A DNA stretch of 64,000 nt from Gammaproteobacteria bacterium (GTDB lineage Bacteria; Pseudomonadota; Gammaproteobacteria; JAJFKG01). Shown here in pieces: positions 33,287-43,536 of the stretch (the first letter of the stretch is position 1; every line of letters starts with the position of its first letter). The translations under genes and the position numbers were made by a program. Where the stretch lies: assembly GCA_965116795.1 (NCBI GenBank), contig OZ220716.1, forward strand, positions 874,503-938,502, given 5' to 3'. A model generated the notes under the pieces. The model saw nothing but the letters and a program-made list of their open reading frames with translations, ran no database searches and was not told where the DNA came from.

Positions 33287-34177
33287 TTAGACTTTATTAG
33301 TAAATATAGACTGCAATTGTTGGTCTTTAGCTTCCCATAGTGTAGTGAGCCATTGCTGAGTTTGTTTACGTAACTCAGTTTCATTGTCTAGCTGAGTCAG
33401 CATGCTGTTTGGTATTGGGATACAGTTAACGTGAGTATATATTCGCTTAATCCGTCCACATAGTAGGTCCCACAATGTTACTGTTGGATTATCATATACA
33501 ATAGTAACATCAACTAACTGAGTAACATGATCGCCTAATATAGATAAACTCAATGCTAACATGCTGCCTTTAGGACGCAGTAAATGTTGATAAGGTGAGT
33601 TTTGGTTACGTTTTTTTGCTTGGGTAAAGCGGGTTGTTTCTGGAAATAAAATAATAATACTTGGATGTAATTTAAAAGCAGTACACGATCGGCGTGTTGC
33701 CTCAATATCTTTACCTTTTTTTTCAGGATGTTTTTTTAGATAACTTTTACTATAACGTTGCATAAAAGGAAACTGTAATGCTTTACATGCTAAGCCAATA
33801 CCTGGCACCCAAATCAATTGTTGTTTTAAGAAAAATTTTAATGGTGGTGCTTTACGGTTGAAGACATGATGCAGCACTAAAATGTCAACCCAAGAACGGT
33901 GATTAGAAATTAAAAAATACCACTTGCTACTATCTAATCTGTCAATACCATCATGTTTCCATTGAATGCGAGTCAATAATCGTAAAATGATGAGATTCCC
34001 ATCTACCCATAGTATGGACAAATAACTCATTAACCGATAACACCAATGACGCCATGATGAAATTGGTAGTAAGTAACGTAATAATGCAATTAATATAATA
34101 GTTGTAGGGATAACCAATGCATTAATTGATAACAATAGTAAACAAACTATGCCACGAATTGATGCAATAAAATTCAT
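33287..34177 (-). CDS. YihG-like acyltransferase
   Basis: NHRSWVDI, FFLKQQL.WVP, FPFMQRYSK, FPETTRFT. Confidence 0.9.
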   Translation of the reverse strand: MNFIASIRGIVCLLLLSINALVIPTTIILIALLRYLLPISSWRHWCYRLMSYLSILWVDGNLIILRLLTRIQWKHDGIDRLDSSKWYFLISNHRSWVDILVLHHVFNRKAPPLKFFLKQQLIWVPGIGLACKALQFPFMQRYSKSYLKKHPEKKGKDIEATRRSCTAFKLHPSIIILFPETTRFTQAKKRNQNSPYQHLLRPKGSMLALSLSILGDHVTQLVDVTIVYDNPTVTLWDLLCGRIKRIYTHVNCIPIPNSMLTQLDNETELRKQTQQWLTTLWEAKDQQLQSIFTNKV

Positions 34178-34189
34178 AGGGTGCTCCTG

Positions 34190-36073
34190 TTATTCTTCCA
34201 AGTAGGTGTAGCCTTCTAAGCCATCTAGTAATTCGGCCAAATACATTGCTTTTTGCTGCTCATCCATTTGCGATTTTTGGGATAATTGTGTTTGGTAAGA
34301 TTGCTTTAATTCAGCTAAATCAAGATGTACATAGCGTAACACATCGCTAACTGTATCCCCTAATTCAGGTTGACTAACGTGATGGTTACCATTGTTATCG
34401 ATGCTAACATTAATTGCATGAGTATCACCAAATAAATTATGCATATCCCCTAGGATTTCTTGGTATGCGCCTACTAAGAAGATACCGAGCAATGGTGTTG
34501 GTGTTTGGGTGAAATCAACAGTTGGTAAAGTTGAATCAACTCCATTTTCAACAACATAATCTTTAATGCAACCGTCTGAATCACAAGTAATATCATGCAT
34601 GATTGCCCGCGATGTTGATGATTGATTAAGACCCGTTAATGGCATAATAGGAAATGTTTGGTTGATTGCCCATGTATCTGGAATAGATTGAAATATAGAA
34701 AAGTTTACAAACAGTTTATTGGACAGTTTGTTAGATAATTCATCTAATATGGTTCGATGTGTGCGATTATTGGGGGTTAATAGTGATTGAATTTGTTGGC
34801 ATCCGTGTAAATATAATTGTTCGGCTTGAGCAAGTGTGGCTAAATTAACTATTCCGTGGGTATATAATGTATGTGCCTCTGCCATCCAGTGTTGGATATC
34901 ATGGTATGCTTCTAACACAGATTTTGTAGTGAGCTTGGTGTTATCAAGGTATAAATGCTGTAATACAGGGGGCGCATCATCGGCTAATTTGAGAGTTGGA
35001 TCTGTTTTAGAGAGTGGGCATTCAACATCAATAACATTAGTAATTAATACTGCATGGTGAGCTACTAAACTACGCCCGGTTTCACTAATAATTGTTGGAT
35101 GTGGCAATTGTGCTGTCTCACATGCTTCTTGGAATACAGTGACAACATTGTTTGCATATTCTTGCAATGAGTAATTAATCGAATAGCCATGACGTGAACG
35201 TAGCCCAGTGTAGTCAATGCCAAGACCACCACCAATATCAATAGCCGTAATCGGTGCACCTAATATGTATAGTTGTGTGTAATAGCGGGATAATTCTAGT
35301 AAACCACGCTGAATATCACGGATATTAGCAATTTGTGAACCCATGTGACAATGCAATAGTTGTAAACAATCTAATTTTTGTTGATCACGTAATGTATTTA
35401 TCATCTGTAATACTTGGTGTGCAGATAAACCAAATTTTGACTTTTCACCACCTGAATTTTGCCAGCGACCATGAGCAACTGCATTAAGTCGTATACGTAC
35501 GCCAAGGCATGGTTTAATCTTTAATTGTTGTGCTTGTGCTAATATCAATGCTAATTCAGCTACTCTTTCAATAATAATGTAAACGCGATGTCCTAACTGT
35601 TGCCCGATTAACGCAAGGCGGATGTATTTGTTATCTTTATACCCATTACAAATAATGACAGACTTATTTATATTTGCTAATCCAAGAATGGCTAATAATT
35701 CTGGTTTGCTACCAGCTTCTAATCCAATCTTATTATTGTGTTTGCTAATATTATTAGTGTGTAATAGTTCAGTAATTACTTGTTTTTGTTGATTGACTTT
35801 AATTGGGTATACACTTACATAATTGCCACGATAATTAACCGTTTGTCTTGCAGCGGCAAAAGCATGTTGTAGCCTTGCAACTCGATCATGCAAGATATTC
35901 ACAAAACGCACTAAGATAGGTAGTGATAAGCCTTGTTGGGTGATCTCATTAACTAAATTAGCCAGCACAATCGTATGTTGGCTGTCTTTCCCATGAGGGC
36001 GCACAATGACATCGCCATGATCATTTATAGCAAAATAGTCATTACTCCAATGGGATATATTATAAGTAGTCAT
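34190..36073 (-). CDS. speA: Biosynthetic arginine decarboxylase
   Basis: YPIKVNQ, GLEAGSKPEL, SGGEKSKFGL, H.GSQI, DITCDSDG, GAYQEILGDMHNLFG. Confidence 0.97.
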   Translation of the reverse strand: MTTYNISHWSNDYFAINDHGDVIVRPHGKDSQHTIVLANLVNEITQQGLSLPILVRFVNILHDRVARLQHAFAAARQTVNYRGNYVSVYPIKVNQQKQVITELLHTNNISKHNNKIGLEAGSKPELLAILGLANINKSVIICNGYKDNKYIRLALIGQQLGHRVYIIIERVAELALILAQAQQLKIKPCLGVRIRLNAVAHGRWQNSGGEKSKFGLSAHQVLQMINTLRDQQKLDCLQLLHCHMGSQIANIRDIQRGLLELSRYYTQLYILGAPITAIDIGGGLGIDYTGLRSRHGYSINYSLQEYANNVVTVFQEACETAQLPHPTIISETGRSLVAHHAVLITNVIDVECPLSKTDPTLKLADDAPPVLQHLYLDNTKLTTKSVLEAYHDIQHWMAEAHTLYTHGIVNLATLAQAEQLYLHGCQQIQSLLTPNNRTHRTILDELSNKLSNKLFVNFSIFQSIPDTWAINQTFPIMPLTGLNQSSTSRAIMHDITCDSDGCIKDYVVENGVDSTLPTVDFTQTPTPLLGIFLVGAYQEILGDMHNLFGDTHAINVSIDNNGNHHVSQPELGDTVSDVLRYVHLDLAELKQSYQTQLSQKSQMDEQQKAMYLAELLDGLEGYTYLEE

Positions 36074-36148
36074 TTGCTCTCAATTTCTATTATATGTCCA
36101 GTGTAAAGAAACTGGCTAAGGTTAGCAACAAAGTTTATCTAAGTCTAA

Positions 36149-36219
36149 TATACTCAAAGCGTTTTGAATGTAGGCGAGGCGTAGCCAACAAAGCATAAAT
36201 TTAAAACGCGAAGAGTATA
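36149..36219. mobile_element. Internally deleted ERIC-like element (71 bp), opposite orientation
   Basis: tatactcaaagcgttttga...gccaacaaagcata...gaagagtata = both ends of the 126-bp copy, reverse-complemented. Confidence 0.85.
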
Positions 36220-36252
36220 ATAAATCGATTGTCATGGACAAACTAGCTAAGG

Positions 36253-37875
36253 TTGCTTAGAATCATGCGCTTATTAATGTCTTGGAAATTAATTCGTATG
36301 TATCATGGCAGCAGCAAGCTAAACACAATAACCACTAACCGATATTGGCGTTGGCTTTATGCACATCCTTACCTAGTTGCTTGTGTATTAAGCGTGTTAG
36401 TTAGTTTGATTATTTTTAGTCATCAACATATTACTGATGTTGATGGTTTTTTATATCTACGAGCAGCACGTGCTTATTTACAACAGGGTTACGATGCCAG
36501 TGTAGCAATATACCGTTGGCCATTATACTCACTGTTAGTTGCATATACGCACAAACTAACCGGTTTAAATGTATTTCTCAGTGCTTACCTACTAAATGTT
36601 ATGTTGAGCACGCTGTTAGTGATCAGTTTTATGTTGTTGGTTGATGAAGTATATCGGCGTCAAGGATTCAGTTGGCTTGGATTATTAGTCATTATTAATT
36701 TCACACGTTATAATCATTATCGCGATGATTTACTTCGGGATCATGGTTATTGGGCAATGAGTTTATTAGCGCTAGTATGTTTATTACGACTTGCCCGTAG
36801 TCAATGCTATCGATATGGAATAGCTTGGGGTTTACTCATGCTAATTGCAACACTATTTCGTATAGAAGGGGCTATTTTACTGGGATTAGTGCCGCTTGGT
36901 TTATTGTGTTGTGGCAAAGATGTGCCGTTCCTACAAAAAATACATTTACTTGCTAGTGCCTATGCTGTTGTTATATTAATAGCTATTAGTGTAGCAATAT
37001 ATATGGTACTACAACATAATCCAAATCACTTAGGGCGTATCCAAGATTTATTGGTATATTCCTCGAATCCAGTCAGCATGTTCATTGGTCCATTACAGTC
37101 AGCAATTGATATGATGCGCAATTCTGTACTGGATAACATCAATGAATTTGCAGGTAGTAATGCTCAAATCATGATAGTTACTGGTGTTATCGGGATCTTT
37201 GTTATTCAGTTTATCGGATCAGTACAGATTCTTTATCTATTACTAGGTGCTTATGGAATAGCAAAACGTGTCATCAATTCCCCAGCTGCTTTATCATTAC
37301 TCATTTGGACGGTGTTACTTAATGTAGTGATTGCACAGTTATTTACTATGCAATACTTTTTTACATCTGCTCGTTACTTAACGTTATTGTGCTTATTGTA
37401 TTTAGTGTGGGTGCCTGGAGCAATTGCATTAATCTATCAACAATGGCGTCAACGTGCAGCTACATTTGCTGGCAAACGTTGGTTATTTCCACTGGTTTGT
37501 GCTGGCTTTTTGTCTCTTAGTATTATTAATGTAAGTGATTTTGGTTACGCAAAAGCTTATTTAGTTAAGGGAAGTAACTGGCTAATCAAACAACAAAATA
37601 TCCCATTATTAATAACAAATAGTAAGAGGGTTGCTGGTTTAAATGAAGAATACCACGATATTATCTACGAAAAGTTCGATAAAGAACAACGCATTGTCCC
37701 TCAAGTGGTTGAGTTGTATCGTAGCTATCAGCAACAGCCAGCTTATTTTGCTATTATGGTGTCACGTAATAGTGATGAGTTAAATAACATCATTGCTATT
37801 TTCCCAACAGCACCAGTAAAACGGTTTGATGGGCGTAGAGGGGATACATTGCTTATTTTCAGCAATAAAATTTAA
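36253..37875 (+). CDS. Polytopic membrane protein, probable GT-C (ArnT/PMT-like) glycosyltransferase; start may be 36298
   Basis: About 12 TM helices; D(G)xxY motif (TDVDGFLYL) after TM1, WPLYS, RDHGYW, RIEG, ARY; lies beside LPS genes. Confidence 0.55.
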   Translation: MLRIMRLLMSWKLIRMYHGSSKLNTITTNRYWRWLYAHPYLVACVLSVLVSLIIFSHQHITDVDGFLYLRAARAYLQQGYDASVAIYRWPLYSLLVAYTHKLTGLNVFLSAYLLNVMLSTLLVISFMLLVDEVYRRQGFSWLGLLVIINFTRYNHYRDDLLRDHGYWAMSLLALVCLLRLARSQCYRYGIAWGLLMLIATLFRIEGAILLGLVPLGLLCCGKDVPFLQKIHLLASAYAVVILIAISVAIYMVLQHNPNHLGRIQDLLVYSSNPVSMFIGPLQSAIDMMRNSVLDNINEFAGSNAQIMIVTGVIGIFVIQFIGSVQILYLLLGAYGIAKRVINSPAALSLLIWTVLLNVVIAQLFTMQYFFTSARYLTLLCLLYLVWVPGAIALIYQQWRQRAATFAGKRWLFPLVCAGFLSLSIINVSDFGYAKAYLVKGSNWLIKQQNIPLLITNSKRVAGLNEEYHDIIYEKFDKEQRIVPQVVELYRSYQQQPAYFAIMVSRNSDELNNIIAIFPTAPVKRFDGRRGDTLLIFSNKI

Positions 37876-38564
37876 TCATATTTATCTAGTGCTTGAGTAA
37901 ACTGTGTCAATAGTGTTGAATTATATTGCCAGTTACGCAATAAGCGATTGCGATCTTTTAATCGTTTACGTTGTTTATTCCATTTTGGATGGTGCATGGC
38001 ATCTAAATCAATTAAAAAAGTACGGTTTTTCTCATCAACTAACATGTTTGTACTTTTCATGTCACCGTGTACAAATCCATGCTGATGAATGGTTGCTAAC
38101 ATACGGGTAACGTCAGTCACAATCGATTGTTGTATTGCTAGTGGTTTTGTTGGCAATACGTTACACAACCAATCACCTTCGATATATTGGTTAATATAAA
38201 ATGCCGTTCTGCGTAATGGGCCATAACGTTGTTCAATATATGCAACTGGTGTTGGCGTGTTAATGCCCCACTGAATCAATCGATGAGCATTGTGCCAACT
38301 ATACCAAGCACGTGAGCGTGACAATGCACGGCGTATACGGTGCCCAAGCCCTTTTAAATTATAACGTTTGACGACTAACAACTGATCTGCACAACGTATT
38401 ACTACGATAGTACAGACATTTTCTTGTTTTAGTACTTTTATAACATCATTATGAAATGCACTATTCGGGTCATGTAGTAATTTTTGTAATGATGGTGTGA
38501 GCATTGAGCGTTGGCACACCCAATGATAACGCCAGGTATGTTTTATTTGCCAATCATTTTGCAT
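37872..38564 (-). CDS. LPS kinase (Kdo/WaaP/InaA family)
   Basis: VVKRYN, SRAWYSW, GINTPTPVAY, HGDMKSTN, LIDLD; downstream of waaF. Confidence 0.85.
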   Translation of the reverse strand: MQNDWQIKHTWRYHWVCQRSMLTPSLQKLLHDPNSAFHNDVIKVLKQENVCTIVVIRCADQLLVVKRYNLKGLGHRIRRALSRSRAWYSWHNAHRLIQWGINTPTPVAYIEQRYGPLRRTAFYINQYIEGDWLCNVLPTKPLAIQQSIVTDVTRMLATIHQHGFVHGDMKSTNMLVDEKNRTFLIDLDAMHHPKWNKQRKRLKDRNRLLRNWQYNSTLLTQFTQALDKYD

Positions 38565-38578
38565 AGATATATTACAGC

Positions 38579-38760
38579 TATAGCTTTTCAGAAAAATAAT
38601 TTGAATTATAACATTTCATCTTGCGCTCACCTAACTGCGTTGTTCATTCAAAAAATGCTCAAAATAGCCCAACTATTCCTCTGCTTTTTTTCAATCGCAA
38701 CCCGTCTAGCTAAACCCAATCTGAACGTTAAAATCCAAATTATTTTTCTGAAAAGCTATA
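38579..38760. mobile_element. MITE-like element family C (182 bp) with TATA ends
   Basis: Perfect 25-bp terminal inverted repeats tatagcttttcagaaaaataatttg / caaattatttttctgaaaagctata. Confidence 0.8.
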
Positions 38761-38779
38761 TTTAAATATAATTAATCTG

Positions 38780-39862
38780 TTACGATTTATTAATCACATG
38801 GATGGTGGCCACTTGTTTAGTACCATCTGTATTATGGTGTTGATTCACTGTATGCAACAATTCATCTAATCCGGTTAATACATAAGATGGTGTTAGATCG
38901 TTAAGACAGCGTAAGTGACCTAATGGACATGTGCGTTCAAAACACGGGCTGCATTCTAAGCCTAATGTTAGGATTTTAACGTGTTGTGCTAATGGTGGAG
39001 TGAAACTAGGATCAGATGAGCCATATATCACAACCAGCGGTCGTTTTAATGCAGCGGCAACGTGCATTAACCCAGAATCATTGGTGACAACCGCATCAGC
39101 TAACGATAATAAATCAACGGCCTCAGTTAATGTTGTTTTCCCACCTAAATCGTAACAATGTGCACCTATTTTATCAGCGATTTCGTTAGTAATGGTAACA
39201 TCGTTAGGCCCACCAAATAGCCATATGTCCCAACCTTTCTCAACATAGGCACGTCCAACAGTTGCCATGTAATCAGCAGGCCATTGTTTTGCTGGGCCAT
39301 ATTCTGCACCTGGACATAATGCCAGCACTGGGCGGTTACTTTTGTTAACGAGATGTTGTTGCGAGTTAATATTGGCTTGAGAGGGTATGGTTAATTGTGG
39401 AAATGGTAGCGGATCAGGTAAGTCATCTTGTTTATCTAAACCTAACGCGATAAAGCGTTCTACCATAAAGGGCAATGCAGTTTTGTCTAAGCGGCGTAGA
39501 TCGTTTAGTAATCCATAACGCATTTCACCGCACCAACCTGTTCTAATTGGGATCTTTGCCCATAATGGTATCAACGCTGATTTAAACGAGTTGGGTAATA
39601 CAATAGCTTGCTGGTATTTTTCTTGACGTAAACTACGTGCTAACTGATAACGTTTTAATAATGCTAATTGACCATGTCCAATCGGCATTGGAATAAAACG
39701 ACGTACCTCAGGCATGTGAGTAACAATAGGGCCACTGGCTTTGGGCGCTAATACATCGATAATAACACCTGGATAACGTTTACTGAGTAATTGATACACA
39801 CTGTGTGACATGATCATGTCACCTACCCAGGATGGCCCAATAATTAGAATTTTATTAATCAT
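38780..39862 (-). CDS. waaF: LPS heptosyltransferase II
   Basis: KILIIGPSWVGD, LPNSFKSA, LCPGAEYGPAKQWP, TNDSGLMH. Confidence 0.95.
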   Translation of the reverse strand: MINKILIIGPSWVGDMIMSHSVYQLLSKRYPGVIIDVLAPKASGPIVTHMPEVRRFIPMPIGHGQLALLKRYQLARSLRQEKYQQAIVLPNSFKSALIPLWAKIPIRTGWCGEMRYGLLNDLRRLDKTALPFMVERFIALGLDKQDDLPDPLPFPQLTIPSQANINSQQHLVNKSNRPVLALCPGAEYGPAKQWPADYMATVGRAYVEKGWDIWLFGGPNDVTITNEIADKIGAHCYDLGGKTTLTEAVDLLSLADAVVTNDSGLMHVAAALKRPLVVIYGSSDPSFTPPLAQHVKILTLGLECSPCFERTCPLGHLRCLNDLTPSYVLTGLDELLHTVNQHHNTDGTKQVATIHVINKS

Positions 39863-40067
39863 GTTTATCTGTGGTTTCATCGTTAATTAAGGTAAATTGT
39901 GCGCCACAATATGGACAAACTGCTGTGCCTGTGGCTTCGATAGGTAAAAATACCCGTGGATGGGCATTCCATAATGGCATTTGTGCAGTTGGGCATGATA
40001 ATGGTAACGATTGCGATGTGATCTGATATGTTTGTGCTGCACATGCTGCTTGTTTTAACTCTGCCAT
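39855..40067 (-). CDS. zf-CHCC zinc-finger protein
   Basis: LPLSCP...LWNAHPRVFLP......CPYCG. Confidence 0.88.
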   Translation of the reverse strand: MAELKQAACAAQTYQITSQSLPLSCPTAQMPLWNAHPRVFLPIEATGTAVCPYCGAQFTLINDETTDKHD

Positions 40068-40199
40068 GGTGACGATCCTTCTGGTCAAATATTGCCAATC
40101 TTTAAAATCAGCCGATTTTAGCGTAGATCGTTGGGTATATGCAATTTGAGAAATATTGCTAATATTATTAACCTATTGAAAGAATGTGATTTATATCTT

Positions 40200-43055
40200 T
40201 CAGTTACCTATCCAATCAAGCCATTGTGCCTTAACGGCTGTGATATGTGGCTGTAAATCGGCGAGATCAGCAGTAATTGGATGTTGAGTCAAACTGTGCT
40301 GATGTAATAATTTGCGATAACAACAGTAGGCATCCATTAGTATATGTGCGCGTTCATCAGTTAATTTGCCAGCGCGTTGTAGGCAAGCAAGTAGTCGCAT
40401 ATTATCAGTGTATGCAACTAATTCTGGATGAGCATGAGCCCAACGTAATACGGCATATTGTACTAGAAATTCAATATCGGTTAATCCACCCGGACCACGC
40501 TTTAGCATAGATACTGGATCAGTTGTTGTTGTCTGAGATAACTTTGATCGCATATCAAGAATATCCTGACGTAATGAATTATGGTCACGTTGTAAGGTTA
40601 ATATTGTACGACGCAATTGCCAGAATTGTTTAGCTAATTGCGGATCACCATACACTGGGCGGGCACGCACTAATGCTTGGTGTTCCCATGTCCATGCGGT
40701 TTGTTGTTGATAATTAGCAAAAGTAGTTAATGTATTATGTAATAATCCTGCTTTGCCAGCAGGACGTAAACGGGTATCAATTGTATATAGTACGCCTGTA
40801 TTGGTGCGAACGTTTAATGTGTTTAGCAAGCGTTGTGCTAAGCGTGTATAAAAAAGAGAGTTGCTAATCGGTTGTGTACCGTTAGTGTATTGTTGTTCAT
40901 CAACAGACGCATGCAAGAAAACCAAATCTAAATCCGATGTATAACTTAACTCAATCCCCCCTAGTTTTCCATATGCAATAATTAGCAAACCATCATCAAT
41001 CGGTTTGCCGTGTGTATCTATTGGATAACCGTGGCGAGTAATTAATTGTTGCTTAACCAGTGTTACGGTTGCATGTAGAATTGCTGTGGCTAGATTGGTT
41101 AAATAGTCGCTGACACGCATCAATGGCAGTTTATCCATTAAGTCAGACGCAGCAACTCGCAAATTATGCGAGTGTTTGAAATGACGTAAATGTTCTATTT
41201 GTTCTTCAGGATCATCGCGTAGCTTAATTTGTTGATTGAGCGAATCTGTTAGCATCGCAACAGTGGGTACAATTTGTTTATTAAAAGGTGCTAATAATTC
41301 GTCTAGTACAACTGGATAGTTAGCTAGCTGTTTAGCTATCCATTCGCTTTGTGCGATTAATTCAATGAGACGTGATAGCATCATTGGATTTTCAATGAGT
41401 AGTGCTATGTATGCACTGCGTTGTATGATTGCTTCTAATAAACGTATAGTTCGAACTAAAGTTTGTGATGGATCGGATGTATTTGTTACTTTCATTAATA
41501 AGATAGGCATTAATTTGTTGATACGGCTGCGTGCCAACGTGCTCAGTTTACGGAAACGATAACTGCCTCTAAATGTTGCTAGAAGTTGACTAATATGTTG
41601 AGGATTACTAAATCCAATTCGGATTAATATGTCGTATTGTTCAGTATGTTCTAGCCAAATTGCTTGTAATGCATCGTGAATGTGTTGATGTTGATCGTGA
41701 GAGAAATGTTGAGGCTGATTGCCAATCATATGTTTAAAGTGTTCGATCACATATTGTTGATGGTAATGCAACTGTTCAATGAGCTGCGACCATTGATCAA
41801 ATCCACAATATAAACAGATTCTAAATTGAATAATTGGATCGCTAGGTAATGTATGTGTTTGTTGGTCGTTGACTGCTTGCAACGCATTTTCGACACGACG
41901 CAAAAATTGGTATGCTTGCCATAATTGTTTGACAGCTAATTTAGGCAAGCATTTTGTTTTAACTAATAGTGGCATAACATTAATGAGATTTGTTGATTGC
42001 AAACGTGGGTCTTTTGCAGCGCGGATAATTTGAAAAGCTTGAACAATAAATTCAATTTCTCGAATACCACCTTTACCTAATTTAATATGTTGCTGTAAGT
42101 TTTGACTACGTGCTTCTCGATCAATTTGTTGTTTTATTGCACGCAATCCGTCTAAAATGCTGTAATCGATATAACGTCTATATACAAACCTACGCAACAT
42201 AGTTTCTAGGTGTTGTGCATGATATCCGTGTCCACTAATGACTCGTGCCTTAACGAGTGCGTAACGCTCCCAATCACGACCGTGTTCTTGATAATAGGCA
42301 AGTAAACTCGGAATACTATTGACTAAAGGGCCGCTGCTACCAAAAGGTCGCAAACGCATATCAACACGATACACAAAGCCATCTTGGGTGGTTTCACTGA
42401 GTACTTTAGTCAGTGTCTGTGCTAATCGATTAAAAAATAATTCTAATGTAATCGATTGATTGGCATGTGTGACATCACCTTGGTGCGCATATAAGAATTG
42501 CAAATCAACATCAGACGACAGATTTAATTCATATCCACCTAGCTTCCCAAGACTGAGTACAATTAACTGCATTGGTTCACCTTGTTTATCGTACGGTGTT
42601 CCGTATTGATTACACTGCCATGAATATAATTGCTGCAGTGCGACATCAATACAGACTTCGGCGAGTGCAGATAATTGCTGCAGCGTTTGGCTTATATTAT
42701 CTACCTGTGTGATCTCACGCCAAATTAAACGCACTAATTCACCTTGACGAAATAAACGTAATTGATGCATTAATTCATTGAGTGTGTTGATTATCCCTGA
42801 GTGGGTTTGCCAACGATTTAAATAATCTGATTGGGTAAACCGCTTTTTGATATCACCTTGGTCGAACAATGTGGTTAATAACGTAGGTTGACGTACCAAC
42901 GTTTTTGCAACAAATTCACTAGCGGCACAAACACGTGCTAATGATTGCCGGCATTGTGATTTGTTGGGGATGTCTGTTATCTGTTGATAGTAATTTTGAA
43001 CATTTGCTGATAGTTCAGCCGGCCAGTTATCCGGTAGTGGTAATAATATATCCAT
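40200..43055 (-). CDS. glnE: Glutamine synthetase adenylyltransferase
   Basis: Two NT domains: GKLGGYELNLSSDVDL / GKLGGIELSYTSDLDL; DMRLRP; WEHQALVRAR. Confidence 0.96.
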   Translation of the reverse strand: MDILLPLPDNWPAELSANVQNYYQQITDIPNKSQCRQSLARVCAASEFVAKTLVRQPTLLTTLFDQGDIKKRFTQSDYLNRWQTHSGIINTLNELMHQLRLFRQGELVRLIWREITQVDNISQTLQQLSALAEVCIDVALQQLYSWQCNQYGTPYDKQGEPMQLIVLSLGKLGGYELNLSSDVDLQFLYAHQGDVTHANQSITLELFFNRLAQTLTKVLSETTQDGFVYRVDMRLRPFGSSGPLVNSIPSLLAYYQEHGRDWERYALVKARVISGHGYHAQHLETMLRRFVYRRYIDYSILDGLRAIKQQIDREARSQNLQQHIKLGKGGIREIEFIVQAFQIIRAAKDPRLQSTNLINVMPLLVKTKCLPKLAVKQLWQAYQFLRRVENALQAVNDQQTHTLPSDPIIQFRICLYCGFDQWSQLIEQLHYHQQYVIEHFKHMIGNQPQHFSHDQHQHIHDALQAIWLEHTEQYDILIRIGFSNPQHISQLLATFRGSYRFRKLSTLARSRINKLMPILLMKVTNTSDPSQTLVRTIRLLEAIIQRSAYIALLIENPMMLSRLIELIAQSEWIAKQLANYPVVLDELLAPFNKQIVPTVAMLTDSLNQQIKLRDDPEEQIEHLRHFKHSHNLRVAASDLMDKLPLMRVSDYLTNLATAILHATVTLVKQQLITRHGYPIDTHGKPIDDGLLIIAYGKLGGIELSYTSDLDLVFLHASVDEQQYTNGTQPISNSLFYTRLAQRLLNTLNVRTNTGVLYTIDTRLRPAGKAGLLHNTLTTFANYQQQTAWTWEHQALVRARPVYGDPQLAKQFWQLRRTILTLQRDHNSLRQDILDMRSKLSQTTTTDPVSMLKRGPGGLTDIEFLVQYAVLRWAHAHPELVAYTDNMRLLACLQRAGKLTDERAHILMDAYCCYRKLLHQHSLTQHPITADLADLQPHITAVKAQWLDWIGN

Positions 43056-43141
43056 CTTTTTCCTAGCACGTCCCTACATTTAGCTGCATAAGTGGTAATA
43101 TTCCAGTATTGGCAGGCTGTAAGTGATTTATTTTTACTATT

Positions 43142-43184
43142 TTACCTTGAAAATTGTAAGGTGTAGTTACAATTTTCAAGGTAA
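43142..43184. repeat. Perfect 18-bp inverted repeat with 7-nt loop
   Basis: ttaccttgaaaattgtaa-ggtgtag-ttacaattttcaaggtaa. Confidence 0.85.
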
Positions 43185-43224
43185 CAATGTGCGTAGGGGT
43201 TAATGTTAGTTTTCGCATACAGGC

Positions 43225-43533
43225 TTATGTTCGCATTGGCCACAAACCATAAGCTGGTTCTTCATAGGGGTGCGCTTTACGTAATGCAATGATGACATCA
43301 TCAACAATATGATCACCACACACCATTTCTACTTTATATTCGGTGACTTTTTCTAATGTGTCTTGTTTACCTATGTGGGGTTTACTGCCTGCTAATGGAC
43401 GAAATTGTCCAGTGCCTTGGGTTTGCCAACAGGTACAATCATAATCACCAAGCTGGCCTGCACCAACAGCGAATAGGGCTTGTTTTACAACTTCAACGTG
43501 GGTATCAGGCACATAAACGTAAAGATGATACAT
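43225..43533 (-). CDS. YqfO/NIF3-related PII-like small protein
   Basis: VKQALFAVGAG.LGDYD...GTGQFRP..GS.PHIG, AHPYEEPAY. Confidence 0.88.
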   Translation of the reverse strand: MYHLYVYVPDTHVEVVKQALFAVGAGQLGDYDCTCWQTQGTGQFRPLAGSKPHIGKQDTLEKVTEYKVEMVCGDHIVDDVIIALRKAHPYEEPAYGLWPMRT

Positions 43534-43536
43534 AGA

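Noticed and set aside
38511-38765. 84-aa ORF spanning the family C element
   Set aside because: Reads through a palindromic repeat and overlaps the kinase start on the opposite strand; no transposase features
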